This document shows, piece after piece, positions 49,501-63,036 of a stretch of DNA of 64,000 nt. Position 1 is the first letter of the stretch, and each line of letters opens with the position of its first letter. Under the pieces are notes generated by a model, which worked only from the letters and a program-made list of their open reading frames with translations, did no database searches and was not told where the DNA came from. Source of the stretch: Priapulus caudatus (lineage: Eukaryota); NCBI RefSeq assembly GCF_000485595.1, contig NW_014577080.1, forward strand, positions 791,064-855,063, written 5' to 3'. The translations under genes were made by a program, and so were the position numbers.

Positions 49501-50149
49501 TTCGCGAGAGGGGAGTAAGGAATAAGTGATAACTTTTATTCACTGTTAATTGAACTTTATGATTATTGTCTTTTTCATGGAGAAAAAATCTGATATAGCA
49601 CAAGTGTCAATGCAATAGTGTTGAGCAGTTAAAATAATAAAATTACCGAGCGATACAGAACATTGTGTGATACATAGTTCTGAGTGATACATATTACATA
49701 AAAGCTTTACATATTGTTATAGGACCGTCACATGATTCTACGTAAATGACAATATGAAACGACTATAGTGTACGTCGGTAATCGCCGAGCTATATAGCGG
49801 CTGTTTAATCTGCTGTCGGCACTCGTGCAAAACAACAATTTTTACTTTATATATGAATCTAAGGTATATATGATGACTCTAAAAAGCTAAAACTACTTGT
49901 CATAGATTGTCCTTGAAAAAAACATGTCATTGAAAAGTAATTGAAAAAATTATTCACACTTTTGTTGGAACCATGCTCCATCCAGATTATGTATCTTGTA
50001 TAATATAGCGTGTGGCTTATGCCGTTTAAAAGCGTTAAATAGCTATTATTGTAGAGAGGGAGTGAAGGAGAGAGAGTGTGAGAGTGGAAGTGTGAGAGAG
50101 AGAGAGAGAGAGAAAGCGCGCGCGCAGGAGAGGGGGGAGGAGAGGCCGA

Positions 50150-50211
<62 letters not shown>

Positions 50212-52737
50212 AGGAGACAGCGAGAGAGAAAACGAGGGAGAGAGCTAAAGAAAATTAATTCGATCTAATCTCATCACTTTGCACTTGAGGATTCTATAGT
50301 AAAGAAGGTCGTATACACTAGCTTTCCTTAAGCCCATTCGCTTTATTTTTAGTACAAACCGTTTCTTTGCGCTAAGTTACCAGTAGCAAAAATGTAACTG
50401 CTGGTTTTTACACGACGTCAACGTTTCTAGTTGCGAGTGAATATTTACGTACAATTATTTTAATATCTGCTATACACAGCCACACTGCCGCCTACCCTCG
50501 TCATTTCTATACTATTACATGATTCTTGCACATCGATACATACAAACAATGAGATCTTGTTTAATAACGTTAAAAACTGTCATGTCTAGTAGCAGGCAAA
50601 CAATACAGCAACCGCGATCACGGTTATAATTATACCTCAACATACAACATATCAACACGCCTCCAGAATAGTACACTCACACTCAGCTATGGACAAGCAC
50701 GTCAGCTATATGTAGTATGACATCAGATCAGGGATAAATAAAAACAAACTTGTTTTTACACAGTCCTGATCACATCATAGTTCTACAAACGAATCACGAT
50801 TACATCAGAGATGCTAACTTCACTGCACGTTACCAAAGACCGTATACAATATACCGTGCGCGGTCTTTGACGTTATATACAACGACAAGCGACGAAAAAT
50901 CCTGCAAACAATTACAACAGGTGAAAGTAAACACAAGTGCCACGTCAACGGGGAAGACTGGTGGGTAGAGACGTGTCGATAATGAGCAAGTTGGAAAAGG
51001 AGAAATGATGGAGACAAGAGCATACAATCGAGTTTGGCAACAGTGAAAAACGACATCACGAATATCTCTATATTGCACAGAGTAATCAGATCTTGAAAGA
51101 AATTCGAGCCCGCTGACACTTTATTCGCCCAATGCTTTTACAGTTAGACGTGTTTTTCGCAAGGCAACCTAACATCAGTTCTGAGTTTTCTACGAGTGTG
51201 GAAGTTAAGTGATTAAGGAAGCCAGCCACAAGAGGGCGCCCCGGTAAATGGAGACAATCTCTACATCTAGCAATATTAAATATGGCTAGAGAATGACATC
51301 CGTCTGCGTAGCACGTTGATATGACTTCTATGCGTTTCATAAAACAACGCCAACACGCTTTCAGCGGTGTTTCAAATCTAACTTAAAACTAGATCGAACC
51401 ATTAAATATGTGGTATACATATATTTCTTCTCGTTTTTTTTGTGGATACTTGGCAATCCGAAGAAAGATCTGATTAGAAAGACAACACAAAATATGAGAG
51501 AGTTGGGAAAGAACCCTCACACAAATAACGCAGATTGTTTTCTTCAGGGAAAGGAGAGGGTACAATAGCTTAAATATACCATAGCATTTATTTACTATTT
51601 AAAACATGTCATGGATGGGTAACAACAATTAAAAAAAGAAAAAATATGATCAAATGGCTTACACACAAAATGAAACAGTTTTTGCCATCAAAAGCCATCA
51701 GATCCTATATACAATATTTCGTCAACTATACATAGATTCTGTTGTTTTGATATAAAATTTAATCAAATATTAAATATTTTACTAAAATTAAATACACACG
51801 GTGCACAACGTAGCACATGAAAATATTGCAGAAAGATGTAAACGTGAATATTAATCTTGTAGTATTAATTATATAAATGCACAATTAAGATTTTTAACAA
51901 ATTGCTTGAATGTAATGAATACAATAATTATGCAGTCCATTGACATTACACATTGAGCATGCTTTTCACGATGGGGAGCTACGCGGCACATGCAGGGGCG
52001 AATTTACACTAACCATCACATCTGCTTGATGCGGATATAAACACAAGCGTTGCAAAATCTGAAGAGCCACAAACAGCCTCTGTTTGCTCTACTTTACATT
52101 ATAATTACCACAGCACAGATATAACAAAGGTCCTAGGCAACCGGCTAGGTGTCATACCACCAGTATGCGCACATGATGTGCCACCTTCTGTCATTAATAC
52201 CAAAAATAGATCAGACTCGAGTGTTGAGCTATCTATTTTTGCTAATACTCGTGCGAATATGAGAGTGGAGCGTAAGCTATAATTGTAGTGTCGGGTCGTC
52301 TAAGACTGAACCCACTCTGGCAGTCACTCGGTCGCGACTTGCTTCGTTCGCGTTGCTAGTGGCTCGCTATGTTTCACTACGATTGCTCTGGCTAGCACTT
52401 TGCCTACTTTCTAGACGTGGGATTCCAGTGATCACTGTCGTCGTCGACGATATCGACTGTGTCGTTTCTGTCCGCCGCTGCCTCCTCTTCGCTCGTCGCC
52501 ACTTCTGTCACCTCTGCCCCAGGCCGACCTTGACCTGAAAATATGCCAGTCATGCATATATATTAGAGTCGGTTTAATGCACTAGCATATGACATCTCAG
52601 TCATGAGGGGTTTCCCAGTATGGCGTTTAGAAGTATTCGTAACTCTTTTAATTTTTGCATGTCATGTGGGGCCAGACTGCAAAATTCGGCGCACAATAAT
52701 GGTATACTAAACAGCACTGTTGCTGTCGGTCAGTTGG
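45317..52737. repeat. About 3.7-kb head-to-tail tandem duplication (45317-49020 and 49032-52737)
   Basis: Both copies start GTGCCGTACGTGCGTTTGTCTG and end GCTGTCGGTCAGTTGG. They are near-identical, differing mostly by 1-bp indels. Confidence 0.95.
45462..45813. mobile_element. MITE with about 80-bp imperfect TIRs and a GAGGGAGTA end; second copy at about 49165-49518
   Basis: TCGCGGATAGTATCGCCCACGGCATCAG...CACGGTGAAAAGT is inverted with ACTTTTCACCGTG...CTGACGCCGTGGGCGATACCATTCGCGA. Confidence 0.7.
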
Positions 52738-55700
52738 TAGCTAGGAATCCAGGGACAGACATAATGATGATAAATTTATTGATGATAAGTCGGCTGGTTG
52801 CCGAGAATGACATCCGTAATCGATAATCTCGTCACGAGGTGAGAACGAAAAATCTTAGCCATGGAAAAAAAACTTAAACGTTGGGTTTGATGTTGAAACA
52901 AAACACGAGTTATGTGTGCGTGTGCATGTGTAAGTGAGTGAGTGAGCGCATGCATGCAAGCATTTAAGCGCAATATGCATGCATTCGTGTGTGCATTGTA
53001 TTTTCACAGATCGATGGGTCTAGATTATAATATACAAAATTTGACAATATTTGACTTATAATGTAACATACACATGTCATATAAAAGCCATTTGGCTATC
53101 AATTATAAATAATAGTTTTAGTCTGTGATATCTAGCTTGTTGTGAATGCCACCATCCTAGTAACAATTAACAACTTGCTAGGTTTCCCTCTATAAAAATC
53201 TATTATTAATTATAGTGCCACCTAGCTAATTGACTGAGGAAAAAATGTAGACCTACACCAATAGCAACCCATAGAGCAGGAACCTATAGCCAACAACACA
53301 AGCATAAAATAAATAAATAAATCAAGTTAGACCCAAAACAAAATGGTACACACGTTCTAAGATGAAAAGAAATACCTCCACCAGGCAGTCACACTAGTAG
53401 CAAAAATATAATTGAATCGTTAGGACAGAAAATTCACCAAAATACCAAATTCTACCAGACTATCGCAATTAGCACTACAGGTGCGTGTGCGCGCACGTGC
53501 GTACGTGCGTGCGTGCGTGCGTGAGTGCGTTTGTGTCTCCCTCTGTCTCTCTCCCTTTCTTTACCTCCAACTCTCTCCCCTCTCCTTCTATACGTGCGTG
53601 CGTACGTGTGTGTGTTTGCGTATAAGTGTGTGCATGCGCGATTGTATGCATGTGCGTGCGTGCGTGTGCGTGTGAGTGTGTATGCGTGCGTGCGTGCGTG
53701 TGTGTGTGACTGTGTGTGCGTGTACATGTCCAGGAGCGCATGCGTGCATACATGTGTATACATGCGTGTAAATGGCTGAGCAAATACGTGCATACCAGTA
53801 TAAAAGTTGGTGCCCGTACATATGTCAACCTATGAATGCATGCATGCACATTATATTACTGACTACAAAGACACCATGGTCAAAGTATAGGTAGCCACTA
53901 CCAACCACAAACCTGGATGATTTTGAGCCTCTGTCTTTTTTCCTATGACTGGAACGATCATTTTGCATAATTTCCCTCTCACCTGAATATCCCAAAAACT
54001 TAAACATATAACAACAATATTTATCTAGCATATTATGCACCTATTCATAAAAACCATTGAAAAATACGCCGACTATCTAGTCTTGTAAGTTTTTAGACGT
54101 GATTAACAGGCGATTCGATGTGCCAGCTTCGAAAACTTCAATGATCAACCGCCTTTGGGATCAAAGAAACACATTATTTTATTCTGCCATTCTACGATTG
54201 CTATTCTGATATTAAAAATAGGCTATTGGATTCACTTTGTTTTTGTTTTACCTGTAACAGCAGGTGGCCTATAGCGAATGGTGCACTCCCGCGACCCCTG
54301 GCATTTGCGTAGCTTGTTTAGGGTGGCATGCATCACCTGCAATATGCTCTCATCCACGTCCTGCAGTTGGTTCACCAGCTAGAGAGACCAAGAGCAAAAC
54401 ATGATACGACTGACAGATGTCAACGGAGAAACAGCCCAATACAAATAATTACTGTTATGGCAACTTTGTTTGCATGGAGACCGTGTTTGACAGCTTCCAA
54501 TTCTTTTAGGGGGTTGCAGTAGGTTTTTATAATTTACCCTTTGTAATACGCTAATACGCATGTAAATGTATTTCCGTGTGACACATGCACAATAAATCTC
54601 GATTACAAAAATGCAACTATTATTATTATAAGAATGTTTTCAACTTACACGTGAACTACTGTATCATGCGCACCTAGGGGCAGAAATCATAAAGCCGTTT
54701 CGTGCTATTAAAGTGAGTAGAATGCCCCTGACATACCATACTTGTACTCTCTGCCTCAATTTTATCACACGGCCACGGGTTATAGGTAGTATCAAACCAA
54801 GACGTTACAGAGTAGCACACATGACACCTCACCTGGTAGGGATCATTTGTGAGATTGTAGAAGCTAAGAAATCCAGTGATAAACTCGCAGTAGAGGAAGT
54901 TGTGCGTCTCGTTGATCGTGCGAATACACCAATACGTGTTGTTGTTCGACTGCTGGCACGAGCAAAATGGTCCCACTACAAGTACAAACACTATACACTG
55001 TACCGGGGAGAGGGAACAGTGAAGGGGGTAGGGCCCATTCCCAATGCATCAAAAGTTCCAGGTCAAGAAATCGGCCTTTCCGCGTCCCAGTTAACTTCTG
55101 TTCCCGAATTACTACAAATGGTTTTTTCCGGGTTTCCAGAGAATTATGTGGTCCCATCCTGCAATCCGATAATAACGGTCTCCCCCAACGGCTGTACTAC
55201 ATGCATATAAGGTAGACGGTCACCGAAATACGAGCAAGCTTGCCTGTACCCATGATTTCACTGTAAGCAATATCAGAAGTGGATTACACAAATGCCTTAT
55301 TCTGTATCTCTCTCTCTTGGTGTCATGTGTTCTCATCTCACTCTTAGCAATATGAGCTGAATAGTACGTATCAGGGCACGTGGAAACCTACAACCTGAAT
55401 GCATTCCCTTCCACGACGTTCCATATTTCATTATTCCTTGACGAAATCACGAAAGGGACAAAAATGGGCAATAGCTGGAATAGAATATAGCTAAAGAGAG
55501 ATATGATATATCCACTGGACGGAAACAACCCTGAATACAGCATAACAATGGCGGACGGGGAAGGAACGAAACGTACGCGTCCACAGCGGAGGCGTCCGCC
55601 AGTGGTCGTTATCGTGAGAGAAGCAGTTGATATTCTTGAGATTGCAGAAGTCTTTGGACTTGCTGTTTTTCCTCTGCCTCTTCTTCTGCCGCCGCACCTC

Positions 55701-58700
55701 GGCATTCAGTTCTTCTCGTGACATCATCGCCTTCTTGTTGTCCTTCTTCAAACCTCTCCTGTTGTATCTGAATGAAACGGTCACATGACTGCTCAGTAAT
55801 GATATATACGACCCAACCGTGTTTGTCCGACATTTAAAAAAAAACATCTAAAGGAGGAGAAATCCCAGAGATTTCTGCATAGTATCTATTTTTTGAAGAT
55901 AGTTTTTCTCTATTTGTTTCGAGACTCTACTCAGCAACGTGTGCATGGCAATTAACATTCCACGTAAGAGCCTATATATACCGTGTGATCAGATCAGTGT
56001 GTCGTATAAAGTGTGATCACGACAAATCTAGATAGAGTTCCCTTTACACAAACATGCTACAGATAGTGACATGCCAGCTCCCATTGATTGTAACGAAGCT
56101 TATTGAGTGATGACACGGAGGGAGATACACGATATACAAATATATTATATATATAAAATATAATATATATATATATATATTATATATATCAAGAGTAGAC
56201 AATAGGGAAGGAGTGTGACTTTAATAAACAAGGGAAATTCGTCATTTACTAGCCTTAGAATACCTACAATTTACTACGCGTAGACGTAACTCAACCAACT
56301 TGAGCTCAAATCGTACACAGTACATTCGCCTAGCATCGTGCGAAATCGTTTCCTCATATACACCCGCGATCCGAAGATACAGACTAAAATGTACGACACG
56401 ATTATCCATTCTGTTGCCATCAATCCGAACGTATTGTCCGCCTGACTTGAAACAAAAGGCAGCTACTAACGCTCGGCGATGCGGTGTGGCTCGCTGGGAT
56501 ATTGGAGCTGGAGCTGCTGCTGATTGCGGTGGGCGTGCGTGCGTGGGGGGCATACCAGCTGTATGCCGGTATGCCGGTATGTAGCTGTATGCCGGGTCAG
56601 AGGTTATCTCGCCGAGTGTTGCATCGATGTCCAATCTCCCAGCGAGCCACACCGCATCGCCGAGCGTTAGTAGCTGCCTTTTATTTCAAGTCAGGTGGAC
56701 AATACGTTCGGATTGATGGCAACAGAATGGATAATCGTGTCATACGTTTTAGTCTGTATCTCCGGATCGCGGGTGTATATGATGAAACGATTTTGTACGA
56801 TGCTAGGCGAATGTACTGTGTACGATTTGAGCTCAAGTTGGTTGAGTTACGCATAGTAAATCGTAGGTATTCTAAGGCTAGTAAATGACGAATTTCCCTT
56901 GTTTATTGAAGTCACACTCCTTCCCTATTATCTACTCCTGATATATACACACATATATAATACAGGATTGTAAAACCAAACGACGCAAACTCGTAACCCA
57001 TTTTTAATAGTAAAAGTAGCAATAACATTTTCAGCCTCCACAAGAAAGAGGCTTTCTCTCTCCTTTGCAGCAATTGGTTTCTTAGCTATAGCGTATAAAT
57101 GGAAGCGGGAAAACACGAAGAATGAACAGATATCAGTGCAAAGTAAGTAGAAGCAGCCAGCCAGGTGTAATGCACCGAAATGCACCGGAACTGTAAGTCA
57201 AGTGTGCGCGTTACACGAGCGGCCATGCAGGGGTACGCAGTGCACGACGAATCACCTATAATTTTGCTTGAAGATATCAAAATCTTTTTTGTCGCGATAT
57301 CTAAACGGCGGATGGCGACCCTTTCGTCCGGCTCTCGACCACTTTGCCCTTGAAATTCACGCAAATCCAGGATGAGGTGAGTATTACATAGGCTGTGTGG
57401 GGACAGCTATTATACAGTGTGTTAGCTATGAAAAATTATTAATACCAACTACGTGTAACCATTAGTTTAGACTAGTTTACTTTATCTAATAGTTACATTA
57501 AACGTAAGAAAAACCAATGAGACATTTTGGTACACAGAGAACACTTAAACATAACAACAGTGACTGCTTATAATTACAAAAATGTATTAAAAAAATATTT
57601 TTGCAATAACTTGCTCAACTAACCTCTGTTTGTCTCTTCCTCTAACCACACCGTATTTGCTGTTTCCACCCAGCATGATGTCTATGTAATCGTCAGCCTG
57701 TTCGTGATAAAGGTATTCGTTACTTAACAGTTAATAACAGTCTATTTTTATAGAAACTACAGCAATTTCTAGTTCAATATTTGGCTTAATAAAAAGGTGG
57801 CATGTCTGCCATTGACACTTTACCTGTATTTTAATTATTATAAATCACATCGATCAGATATATCTCTCAGTGTCTACATCTTCTCTCACCTGGTCAGTGT
57901 TCGAGCAAGTGTGTCCCGTGGTACCCACTAACATTCATTATTAATTATACCATCAGAAAAGCGTCGAGCTTCACGAGCGAGCAGTTCTTACAAAATAGGG
58001 TTGCCGCACATGAAACGAACACGCGGGTACAATGTAATGGCGTCTATCGCAGGCGCACACACCTCCACGACGTCATCGGTTGTCCTACCCTCGGAGTCGC
58101 ACACACACGGCTGCCCATCGTCCTCATACCTGCTGAGAGCCGGTCGCTGGTCCTTCAGGTGTTGCCGGATGTCCTGGTGACAGTAATTAATCGTGACATC
58201 AGCTGAATCGATAAAACGACGCTCGAAAGTCAGCGCACGCCGGCACTGATCTATCCGTCGGGCATGATTGGCGGGCAGTTCCAGCCAATCAGCCAATAGA
58301 CATTCCGATGGGGCATTCTAAAACAACACTTAGTAATAACGCACTGCTAGGTTAACATCTTGATGTTCACCATGCTTAGCCGTGTTTAAACCGTGTTAGC
58401 TCGATAGGTTATCTCGCTCAGGCAAATATCGTTACTGTCTGTCTACAAGACAGCTTCATCGTCTGTCATTTTCATTGTCCATGTTTTCGCTGCCCCTCGT
58501 TTGCAGTATGGTGGGGTGAGTGACGGACAGCGACGTACTTTCAATTGGTCCAGCTCCTGCTTGTAGAAGCGTATTCGCCAGTCGATCGTCTGCTTGTGCT
58601 TCTTCCACACCTCGACGTCGCTGAAGATGTGCGGATCGCACTCGACCGAGTTGTTTGGATACGTGATGCAGCCGGCGTCGGGTTGTGCGGCAGCTGTAAA

Positions 58701-60676
58701 AGCTACCCGAGCGATAATCACAGCTAGCTGCTTACAACTTACTTACTCAAGCCACTCCAAACTCTGTGTGCATGGCTGCGCAATTTCACTCTTAATCGTT
58801 TTTCTTCGTCGATGTATTCTTAATTAATGATTTTAGCTGGAACGTGGGGCTGCGGTTACTGCCACAGATTTCTGGTTATCACAAGAATGCTGCACATTTT
58901 TGTTCTAGGCAAATGCCTGTGTCATAATCCAAAAACGCTTATATGACTGGCCACACATGGCCACAGTAATATTTGTTAACGTCTGGAATTATTGATATTA
59001 GTAAAGCTGCTTTGTGAATTTCCATATGGCGAGGTTATTAAACACTGCAAATCTTCTGATATTGGGAAAATCAAACCAAGTTACTCTCATCCACTAAACA
59101 TTTTAGAAATGATGTAACTGGTTAGGAAAGTTGTAATGCTTACTTCTGTTAGTAACTGGTGGTTGCCATCCTACTATCGTCTCATTGCTGGCTGCAGTCA
59201 CAGAATTTTGATAATTTCCCAATCGGCTCTCTCGATTCTCGCGAGCTAGCTTTCTCCTTTTCTCCTTCTTCTTCTTCTTTTGCTTCTTTTTAAGATGCTG
59301 CAATGATGTCAATACAGATTGATATCAAGTGTACTAGAGCCGCGTACATTTAGGTTAAAACTGCTATAATAAAACGATATAGCGACACCCATAACATCAC
59401 ATTTTTATAAATAATATCTCGCAGTTTTACGTATTTACCCAACTGGAGACCTTTAGTACAATCTTAGCACAGCACATATACAGCGCAGCCGTGATTCAAC
59501 ATAAATTTGTAATGCTGTAAATTTAATCGCTATGGCGACTTACAATTAGAAATTTCGCAGACGATTGCATTCATAAAGTATTAGTGCATAATATAATTTG
59601 TATCTACAGGGAATATAGAAACGGCAAAGGATCATTATTTCCCTAAATTGGTATTCGATCATCTTCATTACACTCACTCTCTGACGTTTCTCCAAGTTAC
59701 GAGGAAGCCTCTGCCTTGGTGGTTTGATGAACATCGGATTAAATTCTACAAACAACACCGTGAACAGTCCATTAGTTGCTTCTTATTGTCAAATTATTAA
59801 CAAATATAAAAGGAATCAATATGTTTTCTATGTAGCAGGATTATTCATAACGCCATTAAGGGAGCAATTTTTTGGCTATTATTGGCTTATTTCTGAAAGA
59901 AGCACATCCGTAATAAATATATTGAGCAAATCTGATATATAATAGATAATTTTATCCAAAATGTGCCACCTCCTCCGGCCATCGGTTCTGTGAGTGGCCA
60001 GGTAAAAAAGACAAAAGAGATCATCCACCACCTTAATCCAATAGGTAAATCTCATAGTGGTGTACCTTTGGATTTGCCTTTACCCTTGCTAACGTGCTGC
60101 TCCAGGAAGGCTCTCTGCTTGCTCCTTTCACTACGCACCTCCTCTTGTTCAGCCTTCTTACTCCTGCAAACACACACGCCTGTCTTCATGCTGCCATGTC
60201 TACACTTGTGCTTTCTCCAGCGCCCGCCCTCATCGAGGATGCACTCGAATTGCTAGGGAGAGAAGACGGCAACGGTGTTACACAGACAGTCGAGCCCAGC
60301 TATGCGAGGAAGACAATGAAAAGAACGTGGTGAGACGACACTCGAGCTGTTTACAAAACACGAGTGAACGCTACTTTCGCGGGATGCCTAGAACAATTAT
60401 CGTTTGGTGATTTCATTTCAGCGTAGTAGGAGATAACCGGCAGTACCAACCCACAATTATATACCAAGTCATTGATTTGTTGGGTTGAGACTTGCAGGTA
60501 AATTCTATTATAGAAACCCCTCTAATCCATGGCGGTAGCACTAAATTTAGGTTATGGTATGGGTTAGTGTTAATAAATAAGGTTAGGGTTAGGTGTTAGT
60601 GTTCGGACTAGGTTTAAGTTTGGGGTGATTATGATGATGATGATGATGATGGTGATGATGGTGATGATGATGATGT

Positions 60677-60728
<52 letters not shown>

Positions 60729-62873
60729 GATGATGATAATGATGATCATGATCATGATTATGTATGGACGTGGGGTTTTAAAGTAGACTAGAGTCAATAA
60801 GTGCTACTGTTTATCTAGTTGTTCACCTGGTGCATGATGCATGGGCTTGCATATTCAGGCTTTGAGCACTCCTTGGCCAGTCGTGCTTCCTTGCTGAATT
60901 CCCCTTTGTTCTCAAGCCGCACTAAATCCTTCAGCATCTTGTTCGTGACCTTTCTGTAACGGACACGCAACGAGAAAAACAACATGCAGAAAGCCATGAG
61001 GCAAATCGATTTAATTTCGAAACACAATCGAGGCGTGAAGAAATTGCTAAATGATCGTAACGATCTTGGTTTTATAACTAAATTCCGATTAGATTTCACA
61101 GAGAAGACAAGCTTTGAAGTTGAGATGAGCAAGATCGAATTATAAATAATAAATTTTACATTAATAATGGATTTTTACATACAAAGACAGCAGGAAAGTA
61201 TATGGAAAAGGAAATAACATAAAGTAGTATACGTGAGAACGTGATGCTAATGACTAATATGTGTGTTAAGTAAAGACTGAATCGTGTATGAATGCGCTAG
61301 GGATAGGAATGTACATAAAATACAATTTACCCCCTTGACACTAAGAAGGTGTCACGCCATGCTTTCTTCATCTTCATTGTGCCATCTATTATGTTGCTGT
61401 CCTCCGTGCCACCTAAATGTATAGAAAGAAAACATATAGCAGCATTATTGTCATGCACACAGATACGCACCGCGCACGCACGTGCGCACGCACACACGCA
61501 CGCACATGCACACACATATACGCACACACGCACGTGCGCACACACACATATACGCACACACACACGCACGCGCACACACACGCGCACGCACGCACGTGTG
61601 TGCACACACAAACCAGCAAACAGTTTTCAAATAAGGATATGCCACACTGTCTCATAAAGACCTATATAGAACAACTCACCATGAAACAGCTTCTTGAAAG
61701 ACCTTCCGTCCATGTGATCAGGCACCTCGATCCCTGCCATGTCCAGTATGGTAGGCGCCACATCAATGTTGCCAACAATGTTTGGAATGCTGCAGCATAA
61801 TGAGTCAAATTCACGCGGAATATTGATACATCCGTTAAAGATCCGGTGTATGGTTTATCACGTCTTAATTGCCAAAGAGCGGGAAAACGAATGAGTCGCA
61901 ACAATTCAACAATATTATGTATTTACTTACACACTGCCCATAGTTTCAAGGTTATGGGTGATAATAACACACAAAGAGCTTCTTAACCCTCAGTCAATAC
62001 TTACGAAACTCCTTTGGGTATGCCAGGACCTCTGATATACATAGGCACACGGATATCAAACTCATAGGGCATGGACTTGCCCTTGACAAGGCCAAAATGG
62101 CCAAGATGGTAGCCATGGTCCGAAGTATAAATGATGTAAGTGTTGTCTAATTCGCCCAGTAGCTTTAGTTCTTCTACAATCTGGTAATGAATATTTTAAC
62201 TATTTTTAGTATGTTATTTAACTCAACATCAGATATGGTGTGGTGAGATTGAATGTGGTAAATATATAAACATTGTATGTAAGCAACACCTACTTATCTC
62301 ACGATTATGTTGCACAAATATTTGATAAGAATGGAGAGATCATGTTTAGTTTGCACATAGATATGGTGACATATAGATCAATAATTCATCAAACCCTATA
62401 AAAGCGGCAAATTCTGGGAGAGAGAGAGAGACAGAAAAAGAGAAAGAGAGGGAGAAGAGTGAGAGGAAGTCAGAAGTGGTACGAGGGAGAGGAAATGGAG
62501 TGAGAGAGAGGAGGGGAGAGAGAGAGCGACAGAGCTCTGATGATTGCAATAAAACGCGAAAGACGCCCTTCAAAGCAAGATCGCCACCGACACCAAACAC
62601 CACGCGAAAGAAGTACGCAACAGAGCAAACTCGCCTGACCAGCAAGCCCTCGTGCGGGGAGGCCGTCGGACGATGCCTCCGCACGTCGCGAGAGAACGCG
62701 TCCGGGGGAGACCACCCACCTTTTCGACGGCGTCATCGACAGACTGCAGAGTCTGCAGACGCTTGCGGTGCAGCATGCGCGTGAACTCATGGTGAATCGG
62801 CTCCATCTTGCCGACCTGCTGCAGCATCCATTGCTTGTCTGGATTCGGCGCATAGTCGTAACTCAACAGATCC
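52432..62873 (-). CDS. SULF1: Extracellular heparan sulfate 6-O-endosulfatase (Sulf1/Sulf2-like); 5' exons lie beyond the window
   Basis: Minus-strand exons: 62720-62873 ([12 protein letters not shown]...[16 protein letters not shown]), 62005-62180 ([36 protein letters not shown]), 61680-61789 ([13 protein letters not shown]...MDGRS), 61331-61412 (WRDTFLV), 60827-60953, 60066/60084-60252, 59678-59745, 59144-59297, 58539-58693, about 58089-58173, possibly 56998-57085, 55577-55767 ([15 protein letters not shown]), 54833-54975 ([33 protein letters not shown]), 54252-54378. Less certain exons: 53913-53982 and 52432-52534 (stop). Confidence 0.92.
56183..56947. mobile_element. Foldback MITE: about 320-bp inverted arms with a 123-bp spacer, next to a (TA)n tract in a Sulf intron
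   Basis: 56183-56506 is the near-perfect reverse complement of 56630-56947. The mirrored ORFs 56242-56652(-) and 56484-56888(+) share the same peptide. Confidence 0.85.
60626..60760. repeat. (ATG)n microsatellite in a Sulf intron
   Basis: Direct reading. Confidence 0.95.
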
Positions 62874-62967
62874 CTGCGAAGACCACGAGCCACACTATTA
62901 ACGTCACGATCTCACTGCTGCCGTAATTAATCATATATCTATGTAATACATCTACATAAGATAACGT

Positions 62968-63036
62968 CAGGGGTTAATAATGACAAATTATTAAAAATTT
63001 GTCAATCATGACGAATTTGTCATTATTCACCCCCTG
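62968..63036. mobile_element. 69-bp micro-MITE with CAGGGG termini and 7-bp TSD
   Basis: CAGGGGTTAATAATGACAAATT ... AATTTGTCATTATTCACCCCCTG, flanked by ATAACGT on both sides (62961-62967 and 63037-63043). Confidence 0.75.

Noticed and set aside
54713..55210. 165-aa plus-strand ORF
   Set aside because: It is antisense to a conserved Sulf exon and has no recognisable motif.
56242..56888. Two ORFs encoding nearly the same peptide on opposite strands
   Set aside because: This is a by-product of the DNA palindrome. No recognisable domain.
60570..60797. Poly-Ile ORF with TAACCC-like motifs nearby
   Set aside because: An (ATG)n microsatellite and a few degenerate hexamers. Neither a gene nor a telomeric array.
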